A stretch of 64,000 nucleotides of DNA from Candidatus Helarchaeota archaeon (lineage in GTDB: Archaea > Asgardarchaeota > Lokiarchaeia > Helarchaeales > RDOG01). The position numbers and the translations under genes were made by a program. Positions 48,668-58,272 of this stretch are shown here, piece by piece. The stretch covers positions 96,001 to 160,000 of the forward strand of contig JAHPZH010000004.1 in NCBI GenBank assembly GCA_019058315.1, read 5' to 3'. Below the pieces are notes generated by a model, which was given only the letters and a program-made list of their open reading frames with translations, was not told where the DNA came from and did no database searches. Numbering within the stretch: the first letter of the stretch is position 1; the number at the start of each line of letters is the position of its first letter.

Positions 48668-50338
48668 TTATGAAATACAATTTTTAATAAATGAAACATA
48701 TAAGGGGCTCGGTAATTCAGGTCTAGATTTATATTCAGGATGAAATTGAACTCCAACTATCCATTTTTTATTTTCGATTTCTATGGCATTTATTATTTTA
48801 CCTGTTTCGTCATTAGCAGAAATTACTAAACCTTTTTCATCTGCACTTTTTGTATATTCAGGCATAATATGGAATCTATGACGAAATCGTTCCTTAATTT
48901 CTTTCTGTCCATTATAAGCTTTAGATAAGAGGGTATTCTCTTTTAATATTATTTTATGTGCTCCTAATCTCATAGTTCCACCCTTCTCCATTATATCTCG
49001 CTGCTCTGGGAGAAGATCTACTACTGGATTACATGTTTCGGGAATTATTTCTGTAGAATTAGCATCATCTAATCCGAGGTAATCCCTACAAAAAGCACAG
49101 AATAGGAGTTGCGCGCCAAAACATATGCCTAGATACGGAATATTTTCTTTTATCGCATATCTTGCAGATAATATCATACCCTCAACACCCCTTTTCCCAA
49201 ATCCTGGAGTCATTAATATTCCATCAAAATTCTTTAATTTTTCAACTAATTGAGGGTTTTTTTCAAATTCTTCAGTATCAAGCCAAGTAATCTGGACCTT
49301 ATTACCAAGACTTGCTGCAGCATGTTTTAATGCTTCATTGATACTTACATAGCTATCTGAAATATCTATGTATTTTCCTGGCATTGCAATATTTATGATT
49401 TTAGTCGGTTTTTTAAAATTGGCAACCATTTCCTCCCATTTGCTTAATTCTGGCTTCGGAGCGACCATTGAAAGTAAATTATTAGAAAGGTAATTACCTA
49501 AATCTTGATCTTCAAAAATTATAGGTAGCTCATAAATAGTTTCTAGTTCCGGGTTTGAAATAACTGCATTTTCTGGTACATTACAATATGATGAAATCTT
49601 TTTCTTAACTGAATCTGGTAAAAACATTTTGGCTCGACCAACTACTATATCCGGTTGTAAACCAAGCCCTTGAAGAACACGCACGCTATGTTGAGTAGGT
49701 TTTGTTTTTAATTCACCAACACTTTCGGAATATGGAATTAATGTTACATGAACTAGAGCGGTATCATTTTTTGGTTCCTCAATACGAAATTGCCGTATTG
49801 CTTCCAAAAAAGGCATTGCTTCTATATCTCCTACCGTACCTCCAATCTCTGTTATTAAAATGTCACAACCCTCCTTGGCAATATTTCGGATACGATCTTT
49901 AATTTCATCTGTGATATGTGGAATAATTTGGATTGTCTTCCCTAAAAATGAACCATATCGCTCTTTGAGAATAACAGAAAGATAAATTTGTCCACTTGTA
50001 ATATTTGCTGATGGGTGTAAATTTTTTCTTAGAAAACGCTCATAAGTACCAAAATCTTGATCAATTTCACTAATTCTATAGCTCGGTCCTCCTTCTACGG
50101 GTTGGAAATCCCAAACATCTTCCGTAACGAAAACTTCACCATGTTCTACTGGATTTAAAGTTCCTGGATCAACATTTAAATAAGGATCTATTTTTATAAT
50201 TGAAACATCATAATTCCTAAACTGGAATAATTTACCTATACTCGCAGACGTAACTCCTTTTCCAATACCACTCATGACTCCTCCAGTTACAAAAATATAT
50301 TTCGTCATTTCAAAATGCCCGTTTTTTTTTAAATGCAT
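48668..50338 (-). CDS. pyrG: CTP synthase
   Basis: TGGV.SG.GKG, DPYLNVD, HGEV, KTKPTQ, GIC.G, RHR, FHPE; true start probably at MTKY. Confidence 0.97.
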   Translation of the reverse strand: MHLKKNGHFEMTKYIFVTGGVMSGIGKGVTSASIGKLFQFRNYDVSIIKIDPYLNVDPGTLNPVEHGEVFVTEDVWDFQPVEGGPSYRISEIDQDFGTYERFLRKNLHPSANITSGQIYLSVILKERYGSFLGKTIQIIPHITDEIKDRIRNIAKEGCDILITEIGGTVGDIEAMPFLEAIRQFRIEEPKNDTALVHVTLIPYSESVGELKTKPTQHSVRVLQGLGLQPDIVVGRAKMFLPDSVKKKISSYCNVPENAVISNPELETIYELPIIFEDQDLGNYLSNNLLSMVAPKPELSKWEEMVANFKKPTKIINIAMPGKYIDISDSYVSINEALKHAAASLGNKVQITWLDTEEFEKNPQLVEKLKNFDGILMTPGFGKRGVEGMILSARYAIKENIPYLGICFGAQLLFCAFCRDYLGLDDANSTEIIPETCNPVVDLLPEQRDIMEKGGTMRLGAHKIILKENTLLSKAYNGQKEIKERFRHRFHIMPEYTKSADEKGLVISANDETGKIINAIEIENKKWIVGVQFHPEYKSRPELPSPLYVSFIKNCIS

Positions 50339-50607
50339 TTCTACATTTCTAAAATTTTCATTAACAAGAAAAAGAATTCATATTCTCCATTTAATAATTA
50401 ATATAAATAATAATATATTACGAGTCTTTTCAATACTTAAATTTAGTTGAAAATTTTGTTACTATATTTTTAATATTACATAATTGAATAATAAAAATCC
50501 TCATGAAAACTTAAATAGTTTAAATTTCTAAAAATATTCAGTAATAATTGTTTTTTTCGCAATTTTAATATTAGTTTTTTAAGAATATCACAATTTTAGG
50601 TGAATGA

Positions 50608-50802
50608 TTGAATTACGAAGATTGTATGAATTGCATAAGTTTCCAAAAACAAAAAAGATGTAATGAGATTATTTTACAAAACTGGTGCCAGAGAATAAAG
50701 AGACCTATTAGTCTAATTCCAATTTGTTATGTAAACAATTTAAAAAAATCAAATGTAAATACAATTCCATTTATACCTACACAATTTCAAAGTGATAAAT
50801 AA
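50608..50802 (+). CDS. Small Cys-rich hypothetical protein
   Basis: GGTGA RBS before TTG; CMNC plus three further Cys. Confidence 0.5.
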   Translation: MNYEDCMNCISFQKQKRCNEIILQNWCQRIKRPISLIPICYVNNLKKSNVNTIPFIPTQFQSDK

Positions 50803-50844
50803 AAAATTAATAAAAATCAGAGATCTTGTCATTTTCTTTTGTAA

Positions 50845-52524
50845 TTATTCTAAGTCATTTAATTTCTTTATACCAAAACGTAACATGCTAATTGAAAGAA
50901 TTAGAAGGACACATGGGATTATTATCAATGAATATATTCCTAAAATGTTTAAAATTTCAATGATAAAATAAAATATCCCGAAAAATATGCCTATAAAGAT
51001 TAAAATATTTGTTGTCATCTTTGGAGATCTTTCACTAAAAGCTGGTCGCCAACATTGAATTCCAACTGAAATCACCAAAGCTGAAAATACCCAGATGTTT
51101 GTATTTATGAAAAAAATTAATGTGTATAATAAACTATATTCAGAAAAAAGGGAAACTACTATTACCACAGGGAATGTAATGAGAAATAACATAAAATAGT
51201 TAACTTGAACGAATGAATTAACTAAAGCGGAAACTCCTCGAGGGGACTTTTTAAAAATCCAAACCATATCCTTAGATCTAACCAGAATCATACTTCCTAA
51301 CATTGGACCAATCATCATTGCGAACATTAAACCTGTGAGTATCATTGGATATTCTTGTGACATTACATCTCCTGATAAAATTTGAATAAAATCTGTATTT
51401 TGTCTTGAGAAAATTATTGATGAAATGGGAATTAACATTGCAAGAATCATCCCATATAACATTCTAACAAGATTTTCTCTTCTTCTAAAAAATTCTTTTG
51501 CTTGCGTTATAAAAACTGGTCCAAATAAAATTCTTAAAAATTGATAAATTCGATGTTCTTTGGTAATGCTTATAGTTTCTGTTTTTGCTCCTAACTCTAA
51601 ACTATAAAATCTATCACCATAATGATATCCAAGATAAAAAATACTTAATGTAAAGATAGAAGCTAGACCAATAAATGAAAATAGGAGTTCTATTGGTATG
51701 AAATTTGGCATAATAGAGAAATTAATTATATCCCCAAACCAAGTTGTTGGAATGAATTTCAAAATGAATTGAATATTGGGATCAAAAAATGCATATGGGA
51801 ACATTGAAAAGCCAAGAATTGGGATAGCTAAAATAATTCCGATTAAAAAGAAAAAACCTTTGGCTTTTTCAGCTCCTCCTTCAGATTGCCCTAATTTTAA
51901 GGAGACATATGAAGCTGTAATTGTCCCAAGGAAAGTTCCTATGATAAACAACCATAGTAGTATTATAGTAAGTGTGAAATAGGACATAAGTGAAAGTGGA
52001 ATAAAAATAGATATTATCGACCAAAAAATAGGAACAAATATGGATGCAGCGATTGAATAAATTGGAACTCGTCCTAAAAAATTACCCAATAACATATCTT
52101 TGGCTTCGATCGGCGAACTTAAGACTATTTCAAAATGACTAACATTAAGTTGTCGGATTGATGTTTGAATTGGATGGGTTATTGCCATAAAAAAAACGAA
52201 AAAACATAAAATCTCTATAAATGGTGGAATAAGTTGAATTGCCAAGGTTGAAAAAACATTAGTATTTAGAAATATTATTTGAAGTTGTTGAGTTTGTGCT
52301 GATGAAATAGCTAATTTAGGGATAATAATAAATGAAACAATAAGTTTTTCGTATAAATTGGATTTATACATGGGAATTATATAAAAAAAATTCAATAAAA
52401 TCAAAGATATATTTATAAAAATAGTAATTATTATAATTGAGTAAAAAAATAATCGTCTATTCTTTCTAAATAACGTTGTCCATAAGCGAATCTCGTTCTT
52501 AGCTATAGTACGCCAACCCGACAA
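50845..52524 (-). CDS. ABC-2-type exporter permease
   Basis: About 12-14 TMs in two halves; directly follows the ABC ATPase. Confidence 0.8.
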   Translation of the reverse strand: MSGWRTIAKNEIRLWTTLFRKNRRLFFYSIIIITIFINISLILLNFFYIIPMYKSNLYEKLIVSFIIIPKLAISSAQTQQLQIIFLNTNVFSTLAIQLIPPFIEILCFFVFFMAITHPIQTSIRQLNVSHFEIVLSSPIEAKDMLLGNFLGRVPIYSIAASIFVPIFWSIISIFIPLSLMSYFTLTIILLWLFIIGTFLGTITASYVSLKLGQSEGGAEKAKGFFFLIGIILAIPILGFSMFPYAFFDPNIQFILKFIPTTWFGDIINFSIMPNFIPIELLFSFIGLASIFTLSIFYLGYHYGDRFYSLELGAKTETISITKEHRIYQFLRILFGPVFITQAKEFFRRRENLVRMLYGMILAMLIPISSIIFSRQNTDFIQILSGDVMSQEYPMILTGLMFAMMIGPMLGSMILVRSKDMVWIFKKSPRGVSALVNSFVQVNYFMLFLITFPVVIVVSLFSEYSLLYTLIFFINTNIWVFSALVISVGIQCWRPAFSERSPKMTTNILIFIGIFFGIFYFIIEILNILGIYSLIIIPCVLLILSISMLRFGIKKLNDLE

Positions 52525-52537
52525 GTCTAAGTCCTCT

Positions 52538-53311
52538 CTATTTTCTCCATCCTAAAAGATCTTCTTCTCGAACTTTCCCCATTATTTTTAGATATGCTTG
52601 TTCCAAGTCTTTTGTATCTGTCTCTTCAATTATTTTCTTAGTATCTCCTTCAATTACTAATTTTCCTTCTTTAATAATTCCAATGATATCACACAAATCT
52701 TCTGCATGTTTGAGAAGATGAGTACACAAAAAAATTGTCTTGTCTGCTTTTTTAGCAAGCTGTTGAATCATGTCTCGAACCATTAGAGAAGCTTCCGGAT
52801 CTAAATTAGATGTAGGTTCGTCAAGGAAAATTACTTTAGGATCATGAATTATCGCTGACATTAGACAAACTTTCTGTTTCATACCGCGGGAATAACCCTC
52901 TAATAAATCATTTTCTCTGCCTTTTAGTTCAAATAATTCAATTAATTCGTAAATCCTCTCTTTTAAAATAGCGCTAGGAACAGAATACAATTCTCCAATA
53001 AATTCTAGAAATTCAACACAAGTAAGTTTATCATAAAGTCCAGGAGATTCTGGTAAAAAACCAGAAATGGATTTAACCTTTTTTTGATCTTTTTGTATGT
53101 CGTAACCATTAACCTTTGCTTTTCCTGAAGTAGGTTTTATTATAGCATTAAGTATTCTAACAGTTGTTGTCTTTCCAGCACCATTCGGTCCTAAGAGTCC
53201 AAAGGTTACCCCGTGAGGAATTTCAAGGTCTAAATTATCTACAGCAATAATTTTACCAAATTTTTTAGTCAAATGTTCTGTTTGTATAATATTTTGCATA
53301 CAATTCTCCAA
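52538..53311 (-). CDS. ABC transporter ATP-binding protein
   Basis: GPNGAGKT, YSRGMKQK, FLDEPT, H-loop. Confidence 0.95.
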   Translation of the reverse strand: MENCMQNIIQTEHLTKKFGKIIAVDNLDLEIPHGVTFGLLGPNGAGKTTTVRILNAIIKPTSGKAKVNGYDIQKDQKKVKSISGFLPESPGLYDKLTCVEFLEFIGELYSVPSAILKERIYELIELFELKGRENDLLEGYSRGMKQKVCLMSAIIHDPKVIFLDEPTSNLDPEASLMVRDMIQQLAKKADKTIFLCTHLLKHAEDLCDIIGIIKEGKLVIEGDTKKIIEETDTKDLEQAYLKIMGKVREEDLLGWRK

Positions 53312-53773
53312 TTTGATTAATTTTATACTTATTATACAAATTGTATTTTAAGAATTAAAATAAAAATGTAAAATAAAAATTTTGTATAAGGTTAAAAAAA
53401 CATATCTCATTTGGATTTAGTAAAAAAGTAATAATTGTGAATTTTAAAGAAAATAAAACTAATTGAATTATTAACTTACTTAAAATTTATAAAATAAATC
53501 AAATTTTATAAATATTTTTAAGTGATTTTGTAATAATATATTGTGGAATTATTATTAAATTTAAGATATTGTCAATTTTTTAATTTAATATTAATCGAAT
53601 TTAAAATAAAAGTCGAAAAATAATTTTGAATTTCTATTTTTATTTTATGATCCTTCCTTATATTAAAGTTGTAAACATTTTAGAAATTCAAAATATTGGT
53701 TTAAAATTAAGAGAGATAATCAAAATTTGGTATATTTTACTACAAAATTGTTTCTATCAGTTATAAAATATTA

Positions 53774-54340
53774 TTGGAGATAAAATTGCAGGATTTAATT
53801 AGTAATACTAAAAAAATTATGAAAGTTCGGGGGTATAAAGTAAAAGAACAAGAAAAGTTGGATAAAAATCAAATTTTTTTAATTTGTGAAAAAAATTCTG
53901 GGAAGCCAAAAGAAGCTTTTCAAGTACTTATTTTAGGGGGAGATGGTACCACTGGTGTTGCAATTATCAGGGATATGGTCAAAGAAATGAAAAAAAAGAA
54001 AATTAATAATAAATTAATAATAGCTGGTGGCAAAGTCACAAGATCCGCTAAAAATGAAATGGAGGCAAATAAAATAGAGTTTATTCCAGCTCATTTGGTC
54101 TTAATGAATATATTAGAACATGAAATGGTTCCTAAACATGAAATAATACCTGAGGAAGAAGCAAATCAAATATTGGAAAAATATAGAATAACTCCAGAAC
54201 AGTTGCCTCTTATTTTTGATACCGATCCAGTTGCAATGATTATCGGAGCAAAACCTGGTGATTATATTAAAATAACACGTAAAAGTCAAACTGCAGGGAT
54301 GAGTATAATATATAGATTATGTATAAAAGGAGAGGAATAA
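53774..54340 (+). CDS. rpo5: RNA polymerase subunit Rpo5/RpoH with N-terminal RPB5-like jaw domain
   Basis: C-terminal HEMVPKH...QLP.I...DPV...GAKPGD.IKI.RKS.TAG...YR; about 110 extra N-terminal residues. Confidence 0.93.
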   Translation: MEIKLQDLISNTKKIMKVRGYKVKEQEKLDKNQIFLICEKNSGKPKEAFQVLILGGDGTTGVAIIRDMVKEMKKKKINNKLIIAGGKVTRSAKNEMEANKIEFIPAHLVLMNILEHEMVPKHEIIPEEEANQILEKYRITPEQLPLIFDTDPVAMIIGAKPGDYIKITRKSQTAGMSIIYRLCIKGEE

Positions 54341-54408
54341 TGTCAGGGATAATGTCGTTCTCTTAGAATTTAATTTTAATTTTTCTCAATTTTAATAATT
54401 TTAAATAA

Positions 54409-55368
54409 TTATACTTCTAATAAGATTTTTAATTTTTTAACTAATTCTTTGTATCTATTCCGAATTGTAACTTCAGTTACATGAGCTACATCAGCTATTT
54501 CTCTTTGTGATTGTCGTTCACCTTTAAGGATGGCTGCAATATAAATTGCTGCTGCGGCTATACCTGTGGGATCTTTTCCTGATGTAATCGATTTATTAAT
54601 TGCCATATCTATAATATCAGCAGCTTTCTTCTGAACTTGATATGATAATTTAAGATCAGCGCAAAATCGGGGAATATAATCTTTAGCATTCGAAATAGGA
54701 ATATGTATACTCATTTTTTGAATCAGTAATCGGAAAGAACGCCCTATATCTTTTTTATTTTGCCTAGAATACTTAGAAATCTCATCTAACGTCCTTGGAA
54801 CTTTTCTAAGTCTGCAAGCTGCATATAATGATGCTGCAATCAAAGCATCAATTGAACGTCCTCTAATAAGACGCTTATTAATTACCTTACGATATAAGAT
54901 GGCTGCGGTCTTTTTTACTCCCTTTGGAATATCCAATTGTGAAGTTAATCTATCCAATTCTGTCATAGCTTGAGTTAAATTTCTAGCAATTGAACCATGA
55001 ACTCGAGATCTATATTGCCATTTTCGCATTCTATAAATACGTCTTTGGCTTTTTGGTGATAATTTATTTCCATGAATATCTTTATTATGCCAATCAATTT
55101 CTGTTGATAATCCTTTATCATAAATTGAATATGAAGGTGGAGGACCCACTCTTGTTTTCTTTTTTCTCTCTAAAGGATCAAATGCCCGCCATTCAGGACC
55201 GTGGTCAATAATTTTTTCTTTAATGACCAGACCACAATTTCCACAAATTAATTCTCCACGTGAATCATCATTTATCATATTTGTTTTTTTATTGCATTCT
55301 GGACAAATATTTTTTTGAATAGTTACTTTTTCTTCAATAGTCAATTTAAAAATCCTTAGAATTGCCAA
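54409..55368 (-). CDS. tfb: Transcription initiation factor IIB (TFB), paralog B
   Basis: CPEC...CGNCG, GPEWRAF, GKDPTG.AAA, TEVTIRNRYKEL. Confidence 0.96.
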   Translation of the reverse strand: MAILRIFKLTIEEKVTIQKNICPECNKKTNMINDDSRGELICGNCGLVIKEKIIDHGPEWRAFDPLERKKKTRVGPPPSYSIYDKGLSTEIDWHNKDIHGNKLSPKSQRRIYRMRKWQYRSRVHGSIARNLTQAMTELDRLTSQLDIPKGVKKTAAILYRKVINKRLIRGRSIDALIAASLYAACRLRKVPRTLDEISKYSRQNKKDIGRSFRLLIQKMSIHIPISNAKDYIPRFCADLKLSYQVQKKAADIIDMAINKSITSGKDPTGIAAAAIYIAAILKGERQSQREIADVAHVTEVTIRNRYKELVKKLKILLEV

Positions 55369-55420
55369 AAAAATTTATTTTATAGTATAGAAACCAAAAA
55401 AACGATAATTTGGATATTAA

Positions 55421-55717
55421 TTAGGAAGCAAATATTTGAATGTCTCCAGAAACAATATAAAGATATGAATTCTTAATTTGAATTTCAGAAACAATATCTG
55501 ATATGTCAAATACATAGAATTTTTTTGACTTTTTTTGTCTTTTTGTATTATTGGAAATGAATTCATAATCAATTTCTTCTGGATTATTCCCGATATTTAA
55601 TTTAAAGATAATATCATCCTCTGGAGCAATATATTTTTTTATATCTCCTGATACAGCTACAACTCGTTTTTTTTCAGATTTTAAATCTCTTAATACTCCA
55701 ATTATCATATTCATCAA
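55421..55717 (-). CDS. Small hypothetical protein upstream of tfb
   Basis: 98-aa ORF co-oriented with tfb; no family recognised. Confidence 0.5.
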   Translation of the reverse strand: MMNMIIGVLRDLKSEKKRVVAVSGDIKKYIAPEDDIIFKLNIGNNPEEIDYEFISNNTKRQKKSKKFYVFDISDIVSEIQIKNSYLYIVSGDIQIFAS

Positions 55718-55733
55718 TCTTACATTTTTAAAA

Positions 55734-55897
55734 TATTAGAAGAAAAAATATTAACAAATCTAAGAGAGATATTTCCATTTTCTTCTAATAAATTATAATT
55801 ATTTCTTCAAGAAATGTATTTATGGTATGATAAATACCATTATACCTTTATATAACTGGGAAAAATGCTTCTACTTTGTTGATATAATGTCAACAAA
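55734..55897. promoter_or_regulatory. Cluster of four inverted repeats upstream of the hypothetical-tfb unit
   Basis: 13-bp IR 55734-55746/55778-55790; palindromes at 55801-55815, 55822-55840, 55875-55897. Confidence 0.45.
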
Positions 55898-56423
55898 TAT
55901 TAAAAAAGAAATTTTTTAATTTCTTGAAACGTATTAATGGTTCCCAAATAATAAATATTAAAATAAATCTTTTAAATTTTATGTTTTTTATTGTTAAACA
56001 TAATTTATTACTGTTGATGTTAAAATAATCAAATTTTTTCATCCAAAGTATAATTATTCTATTATTTTTGCGAAAAAAAAAATTAATATAAAGCTACTTG
56101 AATTAACAAAAAAAAAATCTAAAAGAAGATAATTATTACAGAAAAGATAAACTGAATTGATTTTTAAATAAAAAAATAAGCAATTTATATTTCTTTTTAT
56201 ATTTTATATTTAAAAAACGATTTTTAACAAGAAATTTAATAAAATTTATAAATCATTTTACCTATATTTTATTCTAGGTAAGGTGATGCCTTAAAAAAAT
56301 ATTAATTTTTAAAATATATTCAATTTAATTTTCCATCTAAACCATAGAAGAACTCTTATTGGCTTGTTATAATTATACTGGAAAATTAAGTTTATGATAA
56401 TCTAATTCTTTATAAAATGAGTA

Positions 56424-56828
56424 GTGAAAATGCCGAAATTTAAAATTACTTCAACTTTTCGAATTGATGGTAAAAATAATGCAATTTTTATTAAAATAGG
56501 TAGATTTTTTAATGAGAAAAAAGCAAAAAAATTAAAAAATCAGCTTGCAAAACTAAAGAATCGTTATAATTTATTTAAATTCATTATAATTTTACCTAAC
56601 AAGTTAAAGTTAACTCAAAAGGCTAAAGGTCTATTGCTAGATTTTATTAAAGAAAATAATTTCATAGTGGCTTCATCTCCCATTCAAAGAGCTATGCTTA
56701 AAACAGAAGCGATATTCAGTGGAGATGACATTAATAATATCTATGAATCAGAAACTGAAGTAATAAATAAACTAAAAGAACATCATGAATTAAGTTATTC
56801 TAGAACTTTGAAAAAAAATCCAAACTAG
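56424..56828 (+). CDS. Hypothetical protein, possibly STAS/SpoIIAA-like
   Basis: Beta-alpha pattern IFIKIGRFFN...IVASSPIQRAML...IYESETE. Confidence 0.5.
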   Translation: MKMPKFKITSTFRIDGKNNAIFIKIGRFFNEKKAKKLKNQLAKLKNRYNLFKFIIILPNKLKLTQKAKGLLLDFIKENNFIVASSPIQRAMLKTEAIFSGDDINNIYESETEVINKLKEHHELSYSRTLKKNPN

Positions 56829-56955
56829 AGATTTAGACTATATAAATTTTAATTATTTTAAGGATTGAAAAATGCCAAAACGAACATAAAAAAAAGTTTA
56901 AAAGTTATTTGTCCCAATTTAAATAAAATAAAACGTTTTTGAAATTTTAATTATC

Positions 56956-57780
56956 TTAAATGTCAATAACATTAATTTTATTATCGATAATTTCAGCTAT
57001 TTTTGTCCCCCTTCTATAATATTCACAGGTAAATAAGCTTATTAGTTTTTCATTAAAAAATGTCTTATATCCTCCTAGAAAAGCTTCATGAGATCGAATT
57101 AAATATTCTAAATTATTTTTAGTCATAAATTTATTGAAACTTTTTAACCCAAAAAAATAACCAATTCCTCTATAACTAAATTCGTCTTGTTGAATTGTCT
57201 CTTTTGGATCATTCCAGACGATTTGTTGTGCTATATCTGGTAGTTCTTCAAGAGTTTGAACATTTTTTGGAATATTTGCAATATCTTTTAAAGTATAGCT
57301 TTCACCTTCCTTCCTTATGGGTATTCCTCCATGAAGCATTAATATATTATTATAAACGATTGCATAAGGGAGTTTGGAAAATGTTCTTTTATAATATTCA
57401 TATACTTCTTCAAAATCTTCCTTAAAATAAGCAAAAACTTGATTATAAAAACCATAATTCATATTCATACTTGGAAATTCATGATTACCTCTCAAGAGTA
57501 TAAGTTTTTTGGGTTCCATTATTTTCATATTTAGTAAAAAATTAATATTTTGAATGGCCTTTTCGCCTCGATCTACATAATCTCCTAAAAAAATCATAAA
57601 ATCATAATTTTCAGACTTAAATTTCTGGACTATGTCATTAGTAATGTCATAATCCCCGTGCGTATCACCAACAACTAAAATTTTTTTGTATATATCATCT
57701 AAACGCAAGAGAGATGGTTCATTATCAAGAATTTTATTAACTTTTTCACATAAATCAATGATGTCTTCTTTCTCCAACAT
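56956..57780 (-). CDS. PPP-family Ser/Thr protein phosphatase
   Basis: GDTHG, GDYVDRG, LRGNHE, HGG, WNDP, RSHE. Confidence 0.93.
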   Translation of the reverse strand: MLEKEDIIDLCEKVNKILDNEPSLLRLDDIYKKILVVGDTHGDYDITNDIVQKFKSENYDFMIFLGDYVDRGEKAIQNINFLLNMKIMEPKKLILLRGNHEFPSMNMNYGFYNQVFAYFKEDFEEVYEYYKRTFSKLPYAIVYNNILMLHGGIPIRKEGESYTLKDIANIPKNVQTLEELPDIAQQIVWNDPKETIQQDEFSYRGIGYFFGLKSFNKFMTKNNLEYLIRSHEAFLGGYKTFFNEKLISLFTCEYYRRGTKIAEIIDNKINVIDI

Positions 57781-57863
57781 AGAAATATAACATCCAAGAC
57801 TTTATTGTTCTTTTTTATATTAATTCCTAAAAATTTATTACAGCTTAATTAAAATTTAACTAT

Positions 57864-58265
57864 ATGGATATTAGTCCGAAATTAAAAAATTCAATCAAGG
57901 TCTTCGCTTCTGAGGCAGGTCGTTTCAAACTTGAAGATCTAGCTAATATAGTAGGAGTAGATAAAAAGAATATAGTAGATATTTTAAATAGTTTAGTTAT
58001 CATTGGAGAACTAGAGGGCAGTTTTGCCAATAAAAATTCAGAATTTGTTACTAATAACAAATTAAAACAAGAAGTACAAATGATTCTAGAGAATCCTAAT
58101 CTAATAGAAACTTATAACTCAGACAATGTAAAAGAAATTGATAATGAAAGAGAAAAAAATAATGTAATTTCGACAATAACCGAAATAAAAAAATGCCCAA
58201 AATGTAATATTTCCGTAGAAATTGGCGGGAAATTCTGCCCTCAGTGTGGAGAACCAATAGGATAA
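57864..58265 (+). CDS. PCI-like winged-helix plus zinc-ribbon protein
   Basis: LEDLA..VG......DIL..LV..GEL.G.F; CPKC...FCPQCG. Confidence 0.7.
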   Translation: MDISPKLKNSIKVFASEAGRFKLEDLANIVGVDKKNIVDILNSLVIIGELEGSFANKNSEFVTNNKLKQEVQMILENPNLIETYNSDNVKEIDNEREKNNVISTITEIKKCPKCNISVEIGGKFCPQCGEPIG

Positions 58266-58272
58266 GGATATT

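Noticed and set aside
53281-53390. TTTGTATAA copies in direct and inverted orientation near the ABC ATPase start
   Set aside because: Low complexity and one copy lies inside the CDS; too weak to call an operator
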